DNA of 59,360 bases, the filler included. It is 5 parts of 5 records of this genome, joined end to end, with 100 filler letters (N's around TTAATTAATTAA, not from the genome) between each part and the next. Parts side by side here need not be neighbours in the genome. Positions count along the whole stretch, not along the records: positions 1 to 17,121 come from DRR723986_8459; 4 more parts are not named here. One strand, written 5' to 3'. Below the pieces are notes generated by a model that had not been told where the DNA came from, made no database searches, and saw only the letters and a list, made by a program, of their open reading frames with translations. Shown in pieces: positions 1 through 9,130 of this stretch (position 1 is its first letter; every line of letters starts with the position of its first letter). A program made the translations under genes and the position numbers.

Positions 1-46
1 CTCCGGCGTGACAGGCCGGCACTCTAACCAGCTGAGCTACACCCGC
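1..46 (-). tRNA. tRNA-Asp (GTC), 5' part, cut by window start
   Basis: Reverse complement reads GCGGGTGTAGCTCAGCTGGTTAGAGTGCCGGCCTGTCACGCCGGAG: acceptor strand, D-arm and anticodon arm CCGGC-CTGTCAC-GCCGG with GTC anticodon. Confidence 0.93.
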
Positions 47-78
47 GCATTTTCCGGGCCGCGTTGCGGCGAGCCGCC

Positions 79-108
79 TCTTTATGCGCGGGCGAAGAGT
101 GGGTCAAG
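79..108 (-). promoter_or_regulatory. Putative sigma70 promoter of tRNA-Asp
   Basis: Minus strand reads CTTGACC, then a 16-17 nt spacer, then CATAAA, about 35 nt before the tRNA 5' end; resembles the alphaproteobacterial CTTGAC-N17-CTATAT consensus. Confidence 0.4.
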
Positions 109-209
109 CGGGGAACTTCATGCGGAATCAGCTATTTCGTTTTTTCAACAGCCATTCCTCCGACATAATGCCCATGTAGTATGTCGAGACACACTCCAAG
201 GCAGCAGAA

Positions 210-2756
210 ATGAAGCGCACAATCCTTATTCTGGCCGGTATTTTCGGCCTCCTCCTCGTCGCAGCCCTTACCGTTCCGTTTTTTGTGCCGAAGTCGGTCT
301 ACAAGGCCCAGATCGAAAAGGCTGCGACCAGTGCCCTGAACCGGGATGTGTCGCTGACCGGCGATGTCACCGTATCGGTCTTTCCCCGAATCTCTGCCAG
401 CGTAGGCGGCGTGACGGTGGCGAACCCGGAAGGCTTCTCAGCGCCCAACATGATCGAGGCCGGCGAGCTGCGCGGCTCTGTGAAGTGGATGCCGCTGCTC
501 TCCCGCCGCGTGGAAGTGCAGCAGCTCTCGTTCGTCGACGCGGATGTCCAGTTGGAGAAGCTGGCCGACGGGCGGACCAATTGGGACTTCGGCGCTAGCG
601 ACACAGGAGAAGCTGCTCCATCCGGTGACGGTGGCGGTGTCAGCGCGAGCATCAGCAAGGCGAGCCTGAAGAATGCCTCGCTGACCTATGCCGACCGGGC
701 TGCCGGTACCGAATATGCTCTCAAGGACCTGAACCTCGATGCTTCCATGCAGGGCTTCGACAAACCGCTGAAAGCAAAGGCCGACGGCATTTTCCAGGAC
801 CAGGCCTTCGACATAGATCTGACCATCGACACGCCGGAGCAGCTGCAGTCCGGCACCCCGGCCACCATAGATGCCAAATTCGATTCCAAGCTGGCAAACG
901 GCATGTTCGACGGATCCGTCACGCTGGGCGATGCCCCGGCGCTCGATGGCGCCTTCAGTCTGAACGCGCCGAACCTGGCTGAGGTCGCGAAGTTCGCGTC
1001 CGTGGAACTGCAGGTAAACATCGCCCCCCTCGGCGCCGGGAACATGAAGGGCAGCGTCTCCGGCCCGTTCGACGCGCTGAAAATCAATTTCGATGATCTC
1101 GACCTGAGAAGCGACCTGCTGGACCTCGGCTTCACGGGTACCGTTGCGCTGGAGGAAAGCCCGGCCATGGACGGCCAGCTTCAGGCCACAGCTTCGAACA
1201 CTGGCGAACTGCTGAAGCAGATGGGGATCGAGGTTCCGGCCGAAGACGCGCTGGAGAAAGTCAACATTGCCGGCAAGGTCACTGGTCCGGCCGATGCCCT
1301 GTTGTTGACAGGACTCGACATCACACATTCCGGTGCCCTGCTGAACGCCTCCTACAAGGGTGATGCGTCCCTCGCGGGTGACGGCAGCCTAAACGGCACA
1401 CTCGACGCTTCCAGCGATGAGCTCCGCGCACTCCTGAAAGCGGCAGATGTGGACATGCCGGAAGGCGACACGCTGAAGACCTTCTCGACCGCTGGCGCCG
1501 TTTCGGGATCGTTCAAGAAACTGGCTGTCTCGAACCTCAATTTCGCGCTCGACGATATCCGCGCCACCGGCACGGCCGGGCTGGACCTGTCGGGTACCAA
1601 ACCGCACATTTCGGGCGACCTCGACATGGGCGAGCTGGACCTGTCACCCTTCCTCGCTGCGGAAGACCAGGAGAAAAAACCGCAACAGCCAATGGAAGGC
1701 TGGAGTAAGGAGCCGCTGGACCTTGCCGGCCTGAAAGCCGTCGATGCGGACCTGAAGATCAAGACGACCACGCTGACGCTCGGCAATGTTGTCCTGAAGG
1801 ATGCGACGGTGAATGCCGTCCTTCGGAACGGGAAACTGAACGCAGACCTCCCCGCCTTCAATGCCTTCGGCGGCAGCTGGGGCGGCAAGATGAGCCTCGA
1901 TGCCTCCGCCGCCAAACCGGCCATCGCCCTGGACATGACGGGTGACAGCGTTGGTGTTTCTTCCCTGCTGGGCACGCTCGCCGGGTTCGACAAGCTGACA
2001 GGCACAGGCACGTTCGCCGTCTCGGCCACATCCACCGGCACTTCGATCGATGAGATCATGAAGGGCCTTAATGGTGAGCTCAGCACCAAGCTGAACGAAG
2101 GCGCCATCAAGGGCCTGAACGTGGCACAGCTGGTCCGCAGCAAGGACTCTCTGTTGCAGGCGCTCTCCTCCGGCCAGCTGCAGAGCCTCGATTTCGCGTC
2201 CGCCCTTTCACCGGAAGCGGAGACGGACTTCTCCAGCTTCGACACGGTCCTGTCGGTCAAGAACGGCGTGGCGAATGTCGATCTGATGAAACTCCTCAGC
2301 CCCGTGCTGGGCATTGATGGCTCCGGCAACATTAATCTCGGCGGCCAGACGCTGGACCTGCGCCTCGCAACCAGCATCGACAAGAAAGGCGAAGGCTCCG
2401 GCAGCGTCGTTCAGCTGAACGGCATCCCGGTACCGATCCGACTGTCCGGCAGCTGGACCAAACCGAAAGTGACCCCTGACCTGTCGGGCGTGACCAACCA
2501 GCTTAAACAGGACCTGACCGGCCAGATTCTGGAAGGCCTCACCGGTAAGTCAGGCAGCAGCGGCATCAATCCGCTGGCGGACATTCTTGGCGCATCGAGC
2601 GGTTCCAGCCAGCCTGCAGCGCCCCCCACCGATCAGGAAGCGGCGGCGCCGGCCGAACAGGAAAGCCCTGAAGACCTGGCAGAAAAGGCTGCCAAGGAAG
2701 CCATCGGCAATCTTCTGTTCGGGAAGAAGAAGACCGAAGACAAGCCGGACGAATAA
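210..2756 (+). CDS. AsmA family protein (848 aa)
   Basis: N-terminal membrane anchor, AsmA-like start (ALNRDVSLTGDV..SVFPRIS; DGRTNWDF), long beta-repeat body, C-terminal VPIRLSGSWTKPKV motif. Confidence 0.88.
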   Translation: MKRTILILAGIFGLLLVAALTVPFFVPKSVYKAQIEKAATSALNRDVSLTGDVTVSVFPRISASVGGVTVANPEGFSAPNMIEAGELRGSVKWMPLLSRRVEVQQLSFVDADVQLEKLADGRTNWDFGASDTGEAAPSGDGGGVSASISKASLKNASLTYADRAAGTEYALKDLNLDASMQGFDKPLKAKADGIFQDQAFDIDLTIDTPEQLQSGTPATIDAKFDSKLANGMFDGSVTLGDAPALDGAFSLNAPNLAEVAKFASVELQVNIAPLGAGNMKGSVSGPFDALKINFDDLDLRSDLLDLGFTGTVALEESPAMDGQLQATASNTGELLKQMGIEVPAEDALEKVNIAGKVTGPADALLLTGLDITHSGALLNASYKGDASLAGDGSLNGTLDASSDELRALLKAADVDMPEGDTLKTFSTAGAVSGSFKKLAVSNLNFALDDIRATGTAGLDLSGTKPHISGDLDMGELDLSPFLAAEDQEKKPQQPMEGWSKEPLDLAGLKAVDADLKIKTTTLTLGNVVLKDATVNAVLRNGKLNADLPAFNAFGGSWGGKMSLDASAAKPAIALDMTGDSVGVSSLLGTLAGFDKLTGTGTFAVSATSTGTSIDEIMKGLNGELSTKLNEGAIKGLNVAQLVRSKDSLLQALSSGQLQSLDFASALSPEAETDFSSFDTVLSVKNGVANVDLMKLLSPVLGIDGSGNINLGGQTLDLRLATSIDKKGEGSGSVVQLNGIPVPIRLSGSWTKPKVTPDLSGVTNQLKQDLTGQILEGLTGKSGSSGINPLADILGASSGSSQPAAPPTDQEAAAPAEQESPEDLAEKAAKEAIGNLLFGKKKTEDKPDE

Positions 2757-5207
2757 TCAGGAAACCTGCGCTGCGCGGTCGGGTATTTCGTCCGGCTCCA
2801 CGATGCGAAGCTTCGGCCGGGGCGCAGGTGTTGAGTCTGCGTCCGGCACCTCTTTCAGCTCGATCAGGTGACTCAGCTTGTCCAGCGGCTGGGCCCGACT
2901 GACGAAGAAGCCCTGAAGATTGTCGCAGCCATTCTCGCGCAGGAAGTCCGACTGGAACCCCGTCTCGACGCCTTCGGCCGTACAGCTCATGCCCAGCGAA
3001 CGGGCAAGTTCCAGCGTCGCGATTGCGATGGCGCGGTTGTCAGAGCGGCTCTCCAGGTCCGACACGAAGCTCTTGTCGATCTTGATCTTGTCGAACGGGA
3101 AGCTGCGCAGATAGCTCAGCGATGAGAATCCTGTGCCGAAGTCGTCGAGCGCGATCCGTACACCGATCGACTTGATCTGGTGCAGGCGCTGGAGCGTGAA
3201 CTCGGTGTCCGACATCAGCACGCTTTCGGTGATTTCCAGCTCCAGCCGCTCCGGCGAGATATTGTTCGCGGCGATGGCCTGCATGATCGTCGGCACCAGG
3301 CTCTGCGAATGGATCTGAAGCGGCGAGATATTTACCGAGATACCAATATGGTCCGGCAAGCGGCGAGCCTCGGCCATGGCTGCGCGGATGACCCAGTCGC
3401 CGATCCGCGTGATGAGACCGATATCCTCCGCATGTTCAATGAACTCTCCGGGATAGACGAGGCCGCGCTTCGGGTGTTCCCAGCGAAGCAGGGTCTCGAA
3501 ACCGGTGACGTCCATGGTTGCGGCATCGACAACCGGCTGGAAGAACACGCGCAGTTCATGATTGTCGAGTGCCCGGTGAAGGTCCGTCTCGATCTGCTGG
3601 CGCGCCCGAGCCCGCTCATCCAGTTCTTCGGTGAACATGCACCAATTGCCCTTGCCCAGTTTCTTGGCCTGATAAAGCGCAAGGTCGGCATGCTTCAGCA
3701 GGACCCGAACATCCTGGGTGAAGCTATCAAACAGGCGCACACCGATTGACGCCGAACAGTTCGCCGTGGACCCCCAGATGTCGTAAGGCTCGGACAGGAG
3801 CTCCACCAGATCGTCGAGGAAGTCTTCAAGCTTCTCCCGGTCCGGGCGTTCGATGATCAGGGCAAACTCATCGCCGCTGATCCGGGACACAACATCCTCG
3901 TCATTGCAAGCGCCGGTCAGGCGGCCCGAAACCTGACGCAGCAACTCATCCCCAGCCGGGTGGCCGAGCGTGTCGTTGACCCATTTGAAATTGTCGAGAT
4001 CCAGCCAGACCAGCGCCCGGTTGGTCTTCGGATGCACAGCAAGGCGTGCCGCTTTCTCCAGATGCTCCTGCATCGTGATCCGGTTCGGCAGGCCTGTCAG
4101 ACCATCATAGTGCGCCATGTAGGCAATTCGGTCTTCGATCTCTTTCGACTGGGTGATGTCGGTCGCCACACCGCGGAAGCCGCGGAACTTGCCGGCCTCG
4201 AAAATCGGCTTGCCGGTGACAGACCACCAGCGCTCCTGGCCGTCTTCCGGTGTCTTTACCTGGAGGGCCAGATCGCGGAAACCCTGACGGCGCATCAGGC
4301 TGGTCTTCAAAACATGGTGCGCTTCATCCGGCACGAAAAGGTCCAGCAAGGGTTCGCCCTTGCGCATGACGCTGTCGGCTTCCTTCGCCCCCTCAAAGAC
4401 GAGCGGAATGTCCTGAAGGTCTCCGTCGATATTGGTCTGCCACAACCAGTCTGACGTGCTCTCTTCAAAATCGCGCAGCAACAGGCCGATTAGCTGGGAC
4501 TGCTCCTTCACGGCGCATTCGCTGAGATGCTGCTCGACGAATTGTTTGTAGGACCAGCTCACCGCCAGGACGAGCGCAACGACATAAGCCAGCGTAAGCA
4601 CAGCTATGAACTGGTAGGTCTGGTCGTTCTGAAACTGCATGGCGGCGACGACGCCTGCACCAACCGGCAGCAGGAACGAAATGGCCGCCGCGGGTGTCCG
4701 CGCCATCAGGAAGGTGCCAGCGAACATCATGCCGGCCATGATCACACCGAGGATCATCTGTCCCTGCGGGGCCGCAGCATGCATCACGATGAAGGGCACA
4801 ACGCCCCACAGCATACCGTTAAGCAATGCGCCCCGCGTGAAATTGTCGAGCGCGGTTTGCGAGCGCTCATCCATCGGATCCATGTCGCGGGGATTGAAGA
4901 ACTGCGTGCCGACGGAAACGGTGCTCGATGCCAGAATGGCTGCGCCCCAGATGTATAGAAAATCGCTGGAGGCCGTCCCGAGGAAGCAGAACACCACAAT
5001 GCCGGCGTTCAGCAGGTTCGCCAGAATCATCACGAACGTGATCCGGCGCACCATGTCCAGCTGCCGCGCACGCAGGCTGGCTGCATGCTTTTCAGGAACA
5101 GCAATGCTCTTTAAGAATCCGGTCAACGCATGATCCCCATCACATGATCCGGCTGGCCGGATGTCGCCCGAATCCCCATCCCACCGGGAGACCTCGGGTG
5201 GAATCAT
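2757..5207 (-). CDS. Membrane-anchored PAS-GGDEF-EAL protein (c-di-GMP turnover); start uncertain
   Basis: About 6 hydrophobic helices, PAS-like segment (SDWLWQTN...FRGFRGVATDIT), GGDEF domain (DGLTGLPNR, SGDEF), EAL domain (ETLLRW, DDFGTGFSSLSYL, KIDKSFV, AEGVET). Confidence 0.92.
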   Translation of the reverse strand: MIPPEVSRWDGDSGDIRPAGSCDGDHALTGFLKSIAVPEKHAASLRARQLDMVRRITFVMILANLLNAGIVVFCFLGTASSDFLYIWGAAILASSTVSVGTQFFNPRDMDPMDERSQTALDNFTRGALLNGMLWGVVPFIVMHAAAPQGQMILGVIMAGMMFAGTFLMARTPAAAISFLLPVGAGVVAAMQFQNDQTYQFIAVLTLAYVVALVLAVSWSYKQFVEQHLSECAVKEQSQLIGLLLRDFEESTSDWLWQTNIDGDLQDIPLVFEGAKEADSVMRKGEPLLDLFVPDEAHHVLKTSLMRRQGFRDLALQVKTPEDGQERWWSVTGKPIFEAGKFRGFRGVATDITQSKEIEDRIAYMAHYDGLTGLPNRITMQEHLEKAARLAVHPKTNRALVWLDLDNFKWVNDTLGHPAGDELLRQVSGRLTGACNDEDVVSRISGDEFALIIERPDREKLEDFLDDLVELLSEPYDIWGSTANCSASIGVRLFDSFTQDVRVLLKHADLALYQAKKLGKGNWCMFTEELDERARARQQIETDLHRALDNHELRVFFQPVVDAATMDVTGFETLLRWEHPKRGLVYPGEFIEHAEDIGLITRIGDWVIRAAMAEARRLPDHIGISVNISPLQIHSQSLVPTIMQAIAANNISPERLELEITESVLMSDTEFTLQRLHQIKSIGVRIALDDFGTGFSSLSYLRSFPFDKIKIDKSFVSDLESRSDNRAIAIATLELARSLGMSCTAEGVETGFQSDFLRENGCDNLQGFFVSRAQPLDKLSHLIELKEVPDADSTPAPRPKLRIVEPDEIPDRAAQVS

Positions 5208-5286
5208 TTCTACAAAATACGAGTGAACGGGGAGGAAGCCGGATCGATGAAATTTGATCTATCTGCGCTCTCCGGCGCCGGTTTCG

Positions 5287-5994
5287 CTATCCTTCGTCAC
5301 GCCAGTAAGGCGTCTCGAGAATATAATCGATTTCCTGGCCGCGTGCTGAAAACGACAGTTTCAGCCATCGCCCGGCATCATCATACCAGAGCGTCACGTC
5401 GATATCGGAATCGAGAAGAAATTTATTTGCTTCGACCGACTCACCTGCGATTTCCAGCTTTTCACGTCCTTCAGGACGGACTGAAACATCGATCAGCTGG
5501 CCGTTTTCGGACGACAGCAGCACGCGTGCCTGCGTCTGGGCGATGTTCCAGTGGCTCGCGGGAACAATGCCGGCGGACGCCGTTCCATCATAACCTGTGC
5601 CGTCGATGTCGATGCCATCGCCATCCGCCTGCGCCGTCACGGAGCCTTCCTTGCCGTCCTTGTAGACCTCGCCCTCCAGGCCGATGAGACGGCCATCCTG
5701 CCACCGCTCAGTGGCCTGCAGGTCATACCGATAGAGCGGGATCGGGCCGAAGCCTGCGCGCAGCTTCACATATGTATGAGCTTCGATAGTCCCATCAGGC
5801 AGAACGTCGAACTTGACTTCATGCGTGCCGAAGGGTTTTCCCTGCCGGCGGACATCGAACCGGATCACATCCCCGTCGCGCGGCGTCCAGACGAGGCCGT
5901 CTTCTGCAGGCATGTTGTCCGCGGCAGCCGGGCTGGCGACTACCAGTCCCAGGCTGAGCACAAGCGTGAAAATTCCATGGGTCAGGGTCTGCAT
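5287..5994 (-). CDS. Secreted DUF6134-like protein (alternative TTG start at 6009)
   Basis: Signal peptide ending ASPAAA; FDVRRQGKPFGTHEV, LYRYD...ERWQDGRL, PASHWN, LWYDDAGRW motifs recalled for DUF6134. Confidence 0.65.
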   Translation of the reverse strand: MQTLTHGIFTLVLSLGLVVASPAAADNMPAEDGLVWTPRDGDVIRFDVRRQGKPFGTHEVKFDVLPDGTIEAHTYVKLRAGFGPIPLYRYDLQATERWQDGRLIGLEGEVYKDGKEGSVTAQADGDGIDIDGTGYDGTASAGIVPASHWNIAQTQARVLLSSENGQLIDVSVRPEGREKLEIAGESVEANKFLLDSDIDVTLWYDDAGRWLKLSFSARGQEIDYILETPYWRDEG

Positions 5995-6122
5995 GACCTG
6001 TTTACGCAACAGGACAGATGATGGATCAGTTTAGGGGAAGCCCGGCCTGCGACGGTTGTCCTGCCGCGCCGGGCACCCTAGCTTCCGAGATCAACCCGGA
6101 AACCGACCTGGATACCGCCCGC

Positions 6123-7127
6123 ATGCAAACCTACCGATCCGTTATCGAGCTTATCGGAAACACACCGCTCCTCCGCCTGAACAAGGTCTCTGACGAAACA
6201 GGCTGCGAGATCCTCGGCAAATGTGAATTCCTGAACCCTGGCCAGTCGGTGAAGGACCGTCCGGCGCTTGGCATCGTCCGCGACGCCGAAGCCGCCGGAG
6301 ACCTGAAACCCGGCGGTACCATCGTGGAAGGCACGGCCGGCAATACCGGAATTGGCCTGGCCCTCGTCGGCGCAGCCCTCGGTTACCGTGTGGTCATCGT
6401 TATGCCGCGCACGCAAAGCCAGGAAAAGAAGGACGCTATCCGCCTGCTCGGCGCTGAGCTGATCGAAGTGGACGCGGTGCCCTACGCAAATCCGAACAAC
6501 TATCAGCACTATTCCCGGCGCCTCGCCGAAGACCTCGCCAAGAGCGAGCCCAACGGGGCGATCTGGGCCAACCAGTTCGACAATGTCTCGAACCGCAAAG
6601 CCCACTATGAAACGACGGGCCAGGAGATCTGGACCCAGACCGACGGCAAACTCGATGCGTTCATCTGTGCCGTGGGCTCTGGCGGCACGCTGGGCGGCAT
6701 TTCCATGGCCCTCAAGGAAAAGCGCGAGTCAGTCCAGATCGGTCTCGCCGATCCCGGCGGCGCAGCGATGTATGAGTATTTCACCAATGGCGTCCTGAAG
6801 TCCGAAGGCACTTCGATCACCGAAGGCATTGGCCAAGGCCGCATCACCGCCAACCTGGAAGGCATCGTGGTTGACCGCGCCTATCGCTGCACGGATACCG
6901 AAGCGCTGAACGTGCTGTTCGACCTCGTCCAGCACGAAGGCCTCTGCCTTGGCGGGTCTTCGGGCATCAACATTGCCGGCGCAGTAAAAATGGCGAAGGA
7001 CCTTGGCCCCGGCCACACGATCGTTACGATACTCTGCGACTACGGCAATCGCTATCAGTCGAAACTATTCAATCCGGAATTCCTGCGGTCGAAAGATTTG
7101 CCGGTTCCGCCATGGATCAAAGGGTAA
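6123..7127 (+). CDS. cysK: Cysteine synthase A (O-acetylserine sulfhydrylase family)
   Basis: IGNTPL, NPGQSVKDR (PLP lysine), EGTAGNTG, GSGGT, EGIG; start taken at ATG 6123 (MQTY). Confidence 0.92.
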   Translation: MQTYRSVIELIGNTPLLRLNKVSDETGCEILGKCEFLNPGQSVKDRPALGIVRDAEAAGDLKPGGTIVEGTAGNTGIGLALVGAALGYRVVIVMPRTQSQEKKDAIRLLGAELIEVDAVPYANPNNYQHYSRRLAEDLAKSEPNGAIWANQFDNVSNRKAHYETTGQEIWTQTDGKLDAFICAVGSGGTLGGISMALKEKRESVQIGLADPGGAAMYEYFTNGVLKSEGTSITEGIGQGRITANLEGIVVDRAYRCTDTEALNVLFDLVQHEGLCLGGSSGINIAGAVKMAKDLGPGHTIVTILCDYGNRYQSKLFNPEFLRSKDLPVPPWIKG

Positions 7128-7130
7128 GGA

Positions 7131-7976
7131 ATGGAAACGGGCGACCCTCTCGTCACTGCAAGCTGGCTGAAACAGAATATCTCTGCGCCCGACATTCGCG
7201 TCGTTGACGCGACTTATTACCCCCCTTTCCTGAAGGCAGAGAAGACCGGCCGCGAAGACTGGGCCGAAGCCCATATTCCCGGCGCCGTCCATTTCGATAT
7301 CGATGCCATCAAGGCTGGCGGAACCGACCTGCCGCACATGCTGCCCGATCCGATCATGTTCTCGTCCCGCGTCCGCAAGCTGGGCATCGGCGACGGCAAT
7401 CGCGTAATCGTTTATGACAACAACAATTACTGCGCGGCTGCGCGTGTCTGGTGGATGCTGCGCGTCATGGGGCATAATGATGTGAAGGTGCTGGATGGCG
7501 GACTGACAGCATGGAAAGCCGAAGGTGGCGAGCTGGAAGACATGCCGCCGGTGGCCGTGGAACGCCACTTCACCGCCCGCGTCCGCAGCGATCTGGTCAA
7601 AGACGCCGAGCAGGTGGCCGCCGCTTCCGAAACGGGCTCAAACGCGATTGTGGACGCGCGGGCTGTCGGCCGGTTTACCGCTGAGGCACCAGAGCCGCGC
7701 GAAGGTCTCCCTTCCGGACACATTCCGGGCAGCACCTGCGTGCCATCCAGTAATCTGATCAATCCGGACGGAACGTTCAAATCGGTCAGCGAACTGCAAG
7801 GCTTGCTGTCGAACCATAAGGCACCGACCATCACGACTTGCGGGTCTGGCGTGACCGCCGCCATCCTCGCGCTTGGCTATGCCCGGCTCGGCAACTGGGA
7901 CGTTTCAGTCTACGACGGGTCCTGGACCGAGTGGGCGTCCGACCCGTCCCGTCCGGTGGCAACAGGCGCGGCATGA
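7131..7976 (+). CDS. sseA: 3-mercaptopyruvate sulfurtransferase (tandem rhodanese)
   Basis: HIPGA, LPHMLP, active-site loop CGSGVTA, C-terminal YDGSWTEW. Confidence 0.93.
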   Translation: METGDPLVTASWLKQNISAPDIRVVDATYYPPFLKAEKTGREDWAEAHIPGAVHFDIDAIKAGGTDLPHMLPDPIMFSSRVRKLGIGDGNRVIVYDNNNYCAAARVWWMLRVMGHNDVKVLDGGLTAWKAEGGELEDMPPVAVERHFTARVRSDLVKDAEQVAAASETGSNAIVDARAVGRFTAEAPEPREGLPSGHIPGSTCVPSSNLINPDGTFKSVSELQGLLSNHKAPTITTCGSGVTAAILALGYARLGNWDVSVYDGSWTEWASDPSRPVATGAA

Positions 7977-9130
7977 AACGGCCTGAAACGCGGATCATCC
8001 ACACGCGCGGCGAGCGGCTTGGCAGCGTCACCGTGAACCCGCCCGTGGAGCGCGCTTCAACGGTCCTGTTCAAAACGGAAAAGGCGCTCTACGAAACCAA
8101 GCCCGGTTATGGCCGGATGGGCCTTGGCGTTCATCGCGAACTGGAGGCGGCGCTCTCTGAACTGGAAGGCGGCAGCCATGTACGCCTCACCGCGAACGGC
8201 CTGCAGGCCTGCGTCCTCGCCATCGCTTCCTGCGTGGAAACCGGCGGACACATCCTCTTCCCTGATAGCGCCTACGGCCCGACCGCCCGGTTTTGCGAAA
8301 GGCGTCTGAAATATATGGGCGTATTGGCCACGCGGTACGACCCGCGGATCGGTGCGGCGATTGCCGAGATGATCCGTCCGGAGACGCAGGCGATCTTTAT
8401 CGAATCGCCCGGTTCCCTGACCTTTGAAGTCGCCGATGTTCCGGCGATCACCGCCGTGGCGCGCGAGCGTGGCGTAACCACAATCGCCGATAACACGTGG
8501 GGTGCTGGCTATTTCCTGAAACCGCTGGACCTCGGCGCCGACATGGTCGTGCAGGCGATGACCAAATACATCGTGGGCCACGCAGATGGCTTCGGCGGCG
8601 CCGTGATCACATCAGACAGCCGGCTTTACAATCGCATTGCCATGGCGTCCGAGGATTTCGGCATCAGCCTCAGCGCAGATGAGGCCTATGTATGCCTGCG
8701 CGGCATGCGCACCCTGCATACACGCCTCAGGGCGCATGAGGCGGGCGCGCTGGAACTCGCAAACTGGCTGGCAGACCGGCCGGAAGTATCCGACGTGCTG
8801 CACCCGGCCCTGCCCTCCAGCCCGGACCACACCTTGTGGAAACGGGACTTCACAGGCTCCAGCGGCCTGTTCGGCGTCGTGCTGCATGCCATCCCCGAAG
8901 GCGGAATGGACCGTTTTCTGGGCGCTTTGCACTTGTTTGGCATGGGTTTTTCATGGGGCGGCTATGAAAGCCTGCTCATTCCGTGTGACCACCAGCTGAC
9001 CCGTTCCAAGGACAGCTGGACCGCCTCCCGAGCCGGCCCGCTGCTTCGTATCCATGTCGGCCTGGAGGCCGTCTCAGACCTAAAGGCGGAGCTCGACTCC
9101 GCTTTCGCCGCCATGAAAGGCCCTGCATGA
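7973..9130 (+). CDS. metC: Cystathionine beta-lyase
   Basis: VNPPVERASTVLF, YGRMG, ESPGSLTFEV, DNTW, TKYIVGH (PLP lysine), GFSWGGYESL; ATGA overlap with the sseA stop. Confidence 0.92.
   Translation: MKRPETRIIHTRGERLGSVTVNPPVERASTVLFKTEKALYETKPGYGRMGLGVHRELEAALSELEGGSHVRLTANGLQACVLAIASCVETGGHILFPDSAYGPTARFCERRLKYMGVLATRYDPRIGAAIAEMIRPETQAIFIESPGSLTFEVADVPAITAVARERGVTTIADNTWGAGYFLKPLDLGADMVVQAMTKYIVGHADGFGGAVITSDSRLYNRIAMASEDFGISLSADEAYVCLRGMRTLHTRLRAHEAGALELANWLADRPEVSDVLHPALPSSPDHTLWKRDFTGSSGLFGVVLHAIPEGGMDRFLGALHLFGMGFSWGGYESLLIPCDHQLTRSKDSWTASRAGPLLRIHVGLEAVSDLKAELDSAFAAMKGPA

Noticed and set aside
161..186. CGACATA-N12-TATGTCG inverted repeat upstream of the AsmA gene
   Set aside because: Only 7 bp, single occurrence, matches no regulator site I can name.
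8..598. 196-aa ORF overlapping the tRNA and AsmA start
   Set aside because: Overlaps tRNA-Asp and an out-of-frame real gene; low-complexity Arg/Pro/Cys composition.
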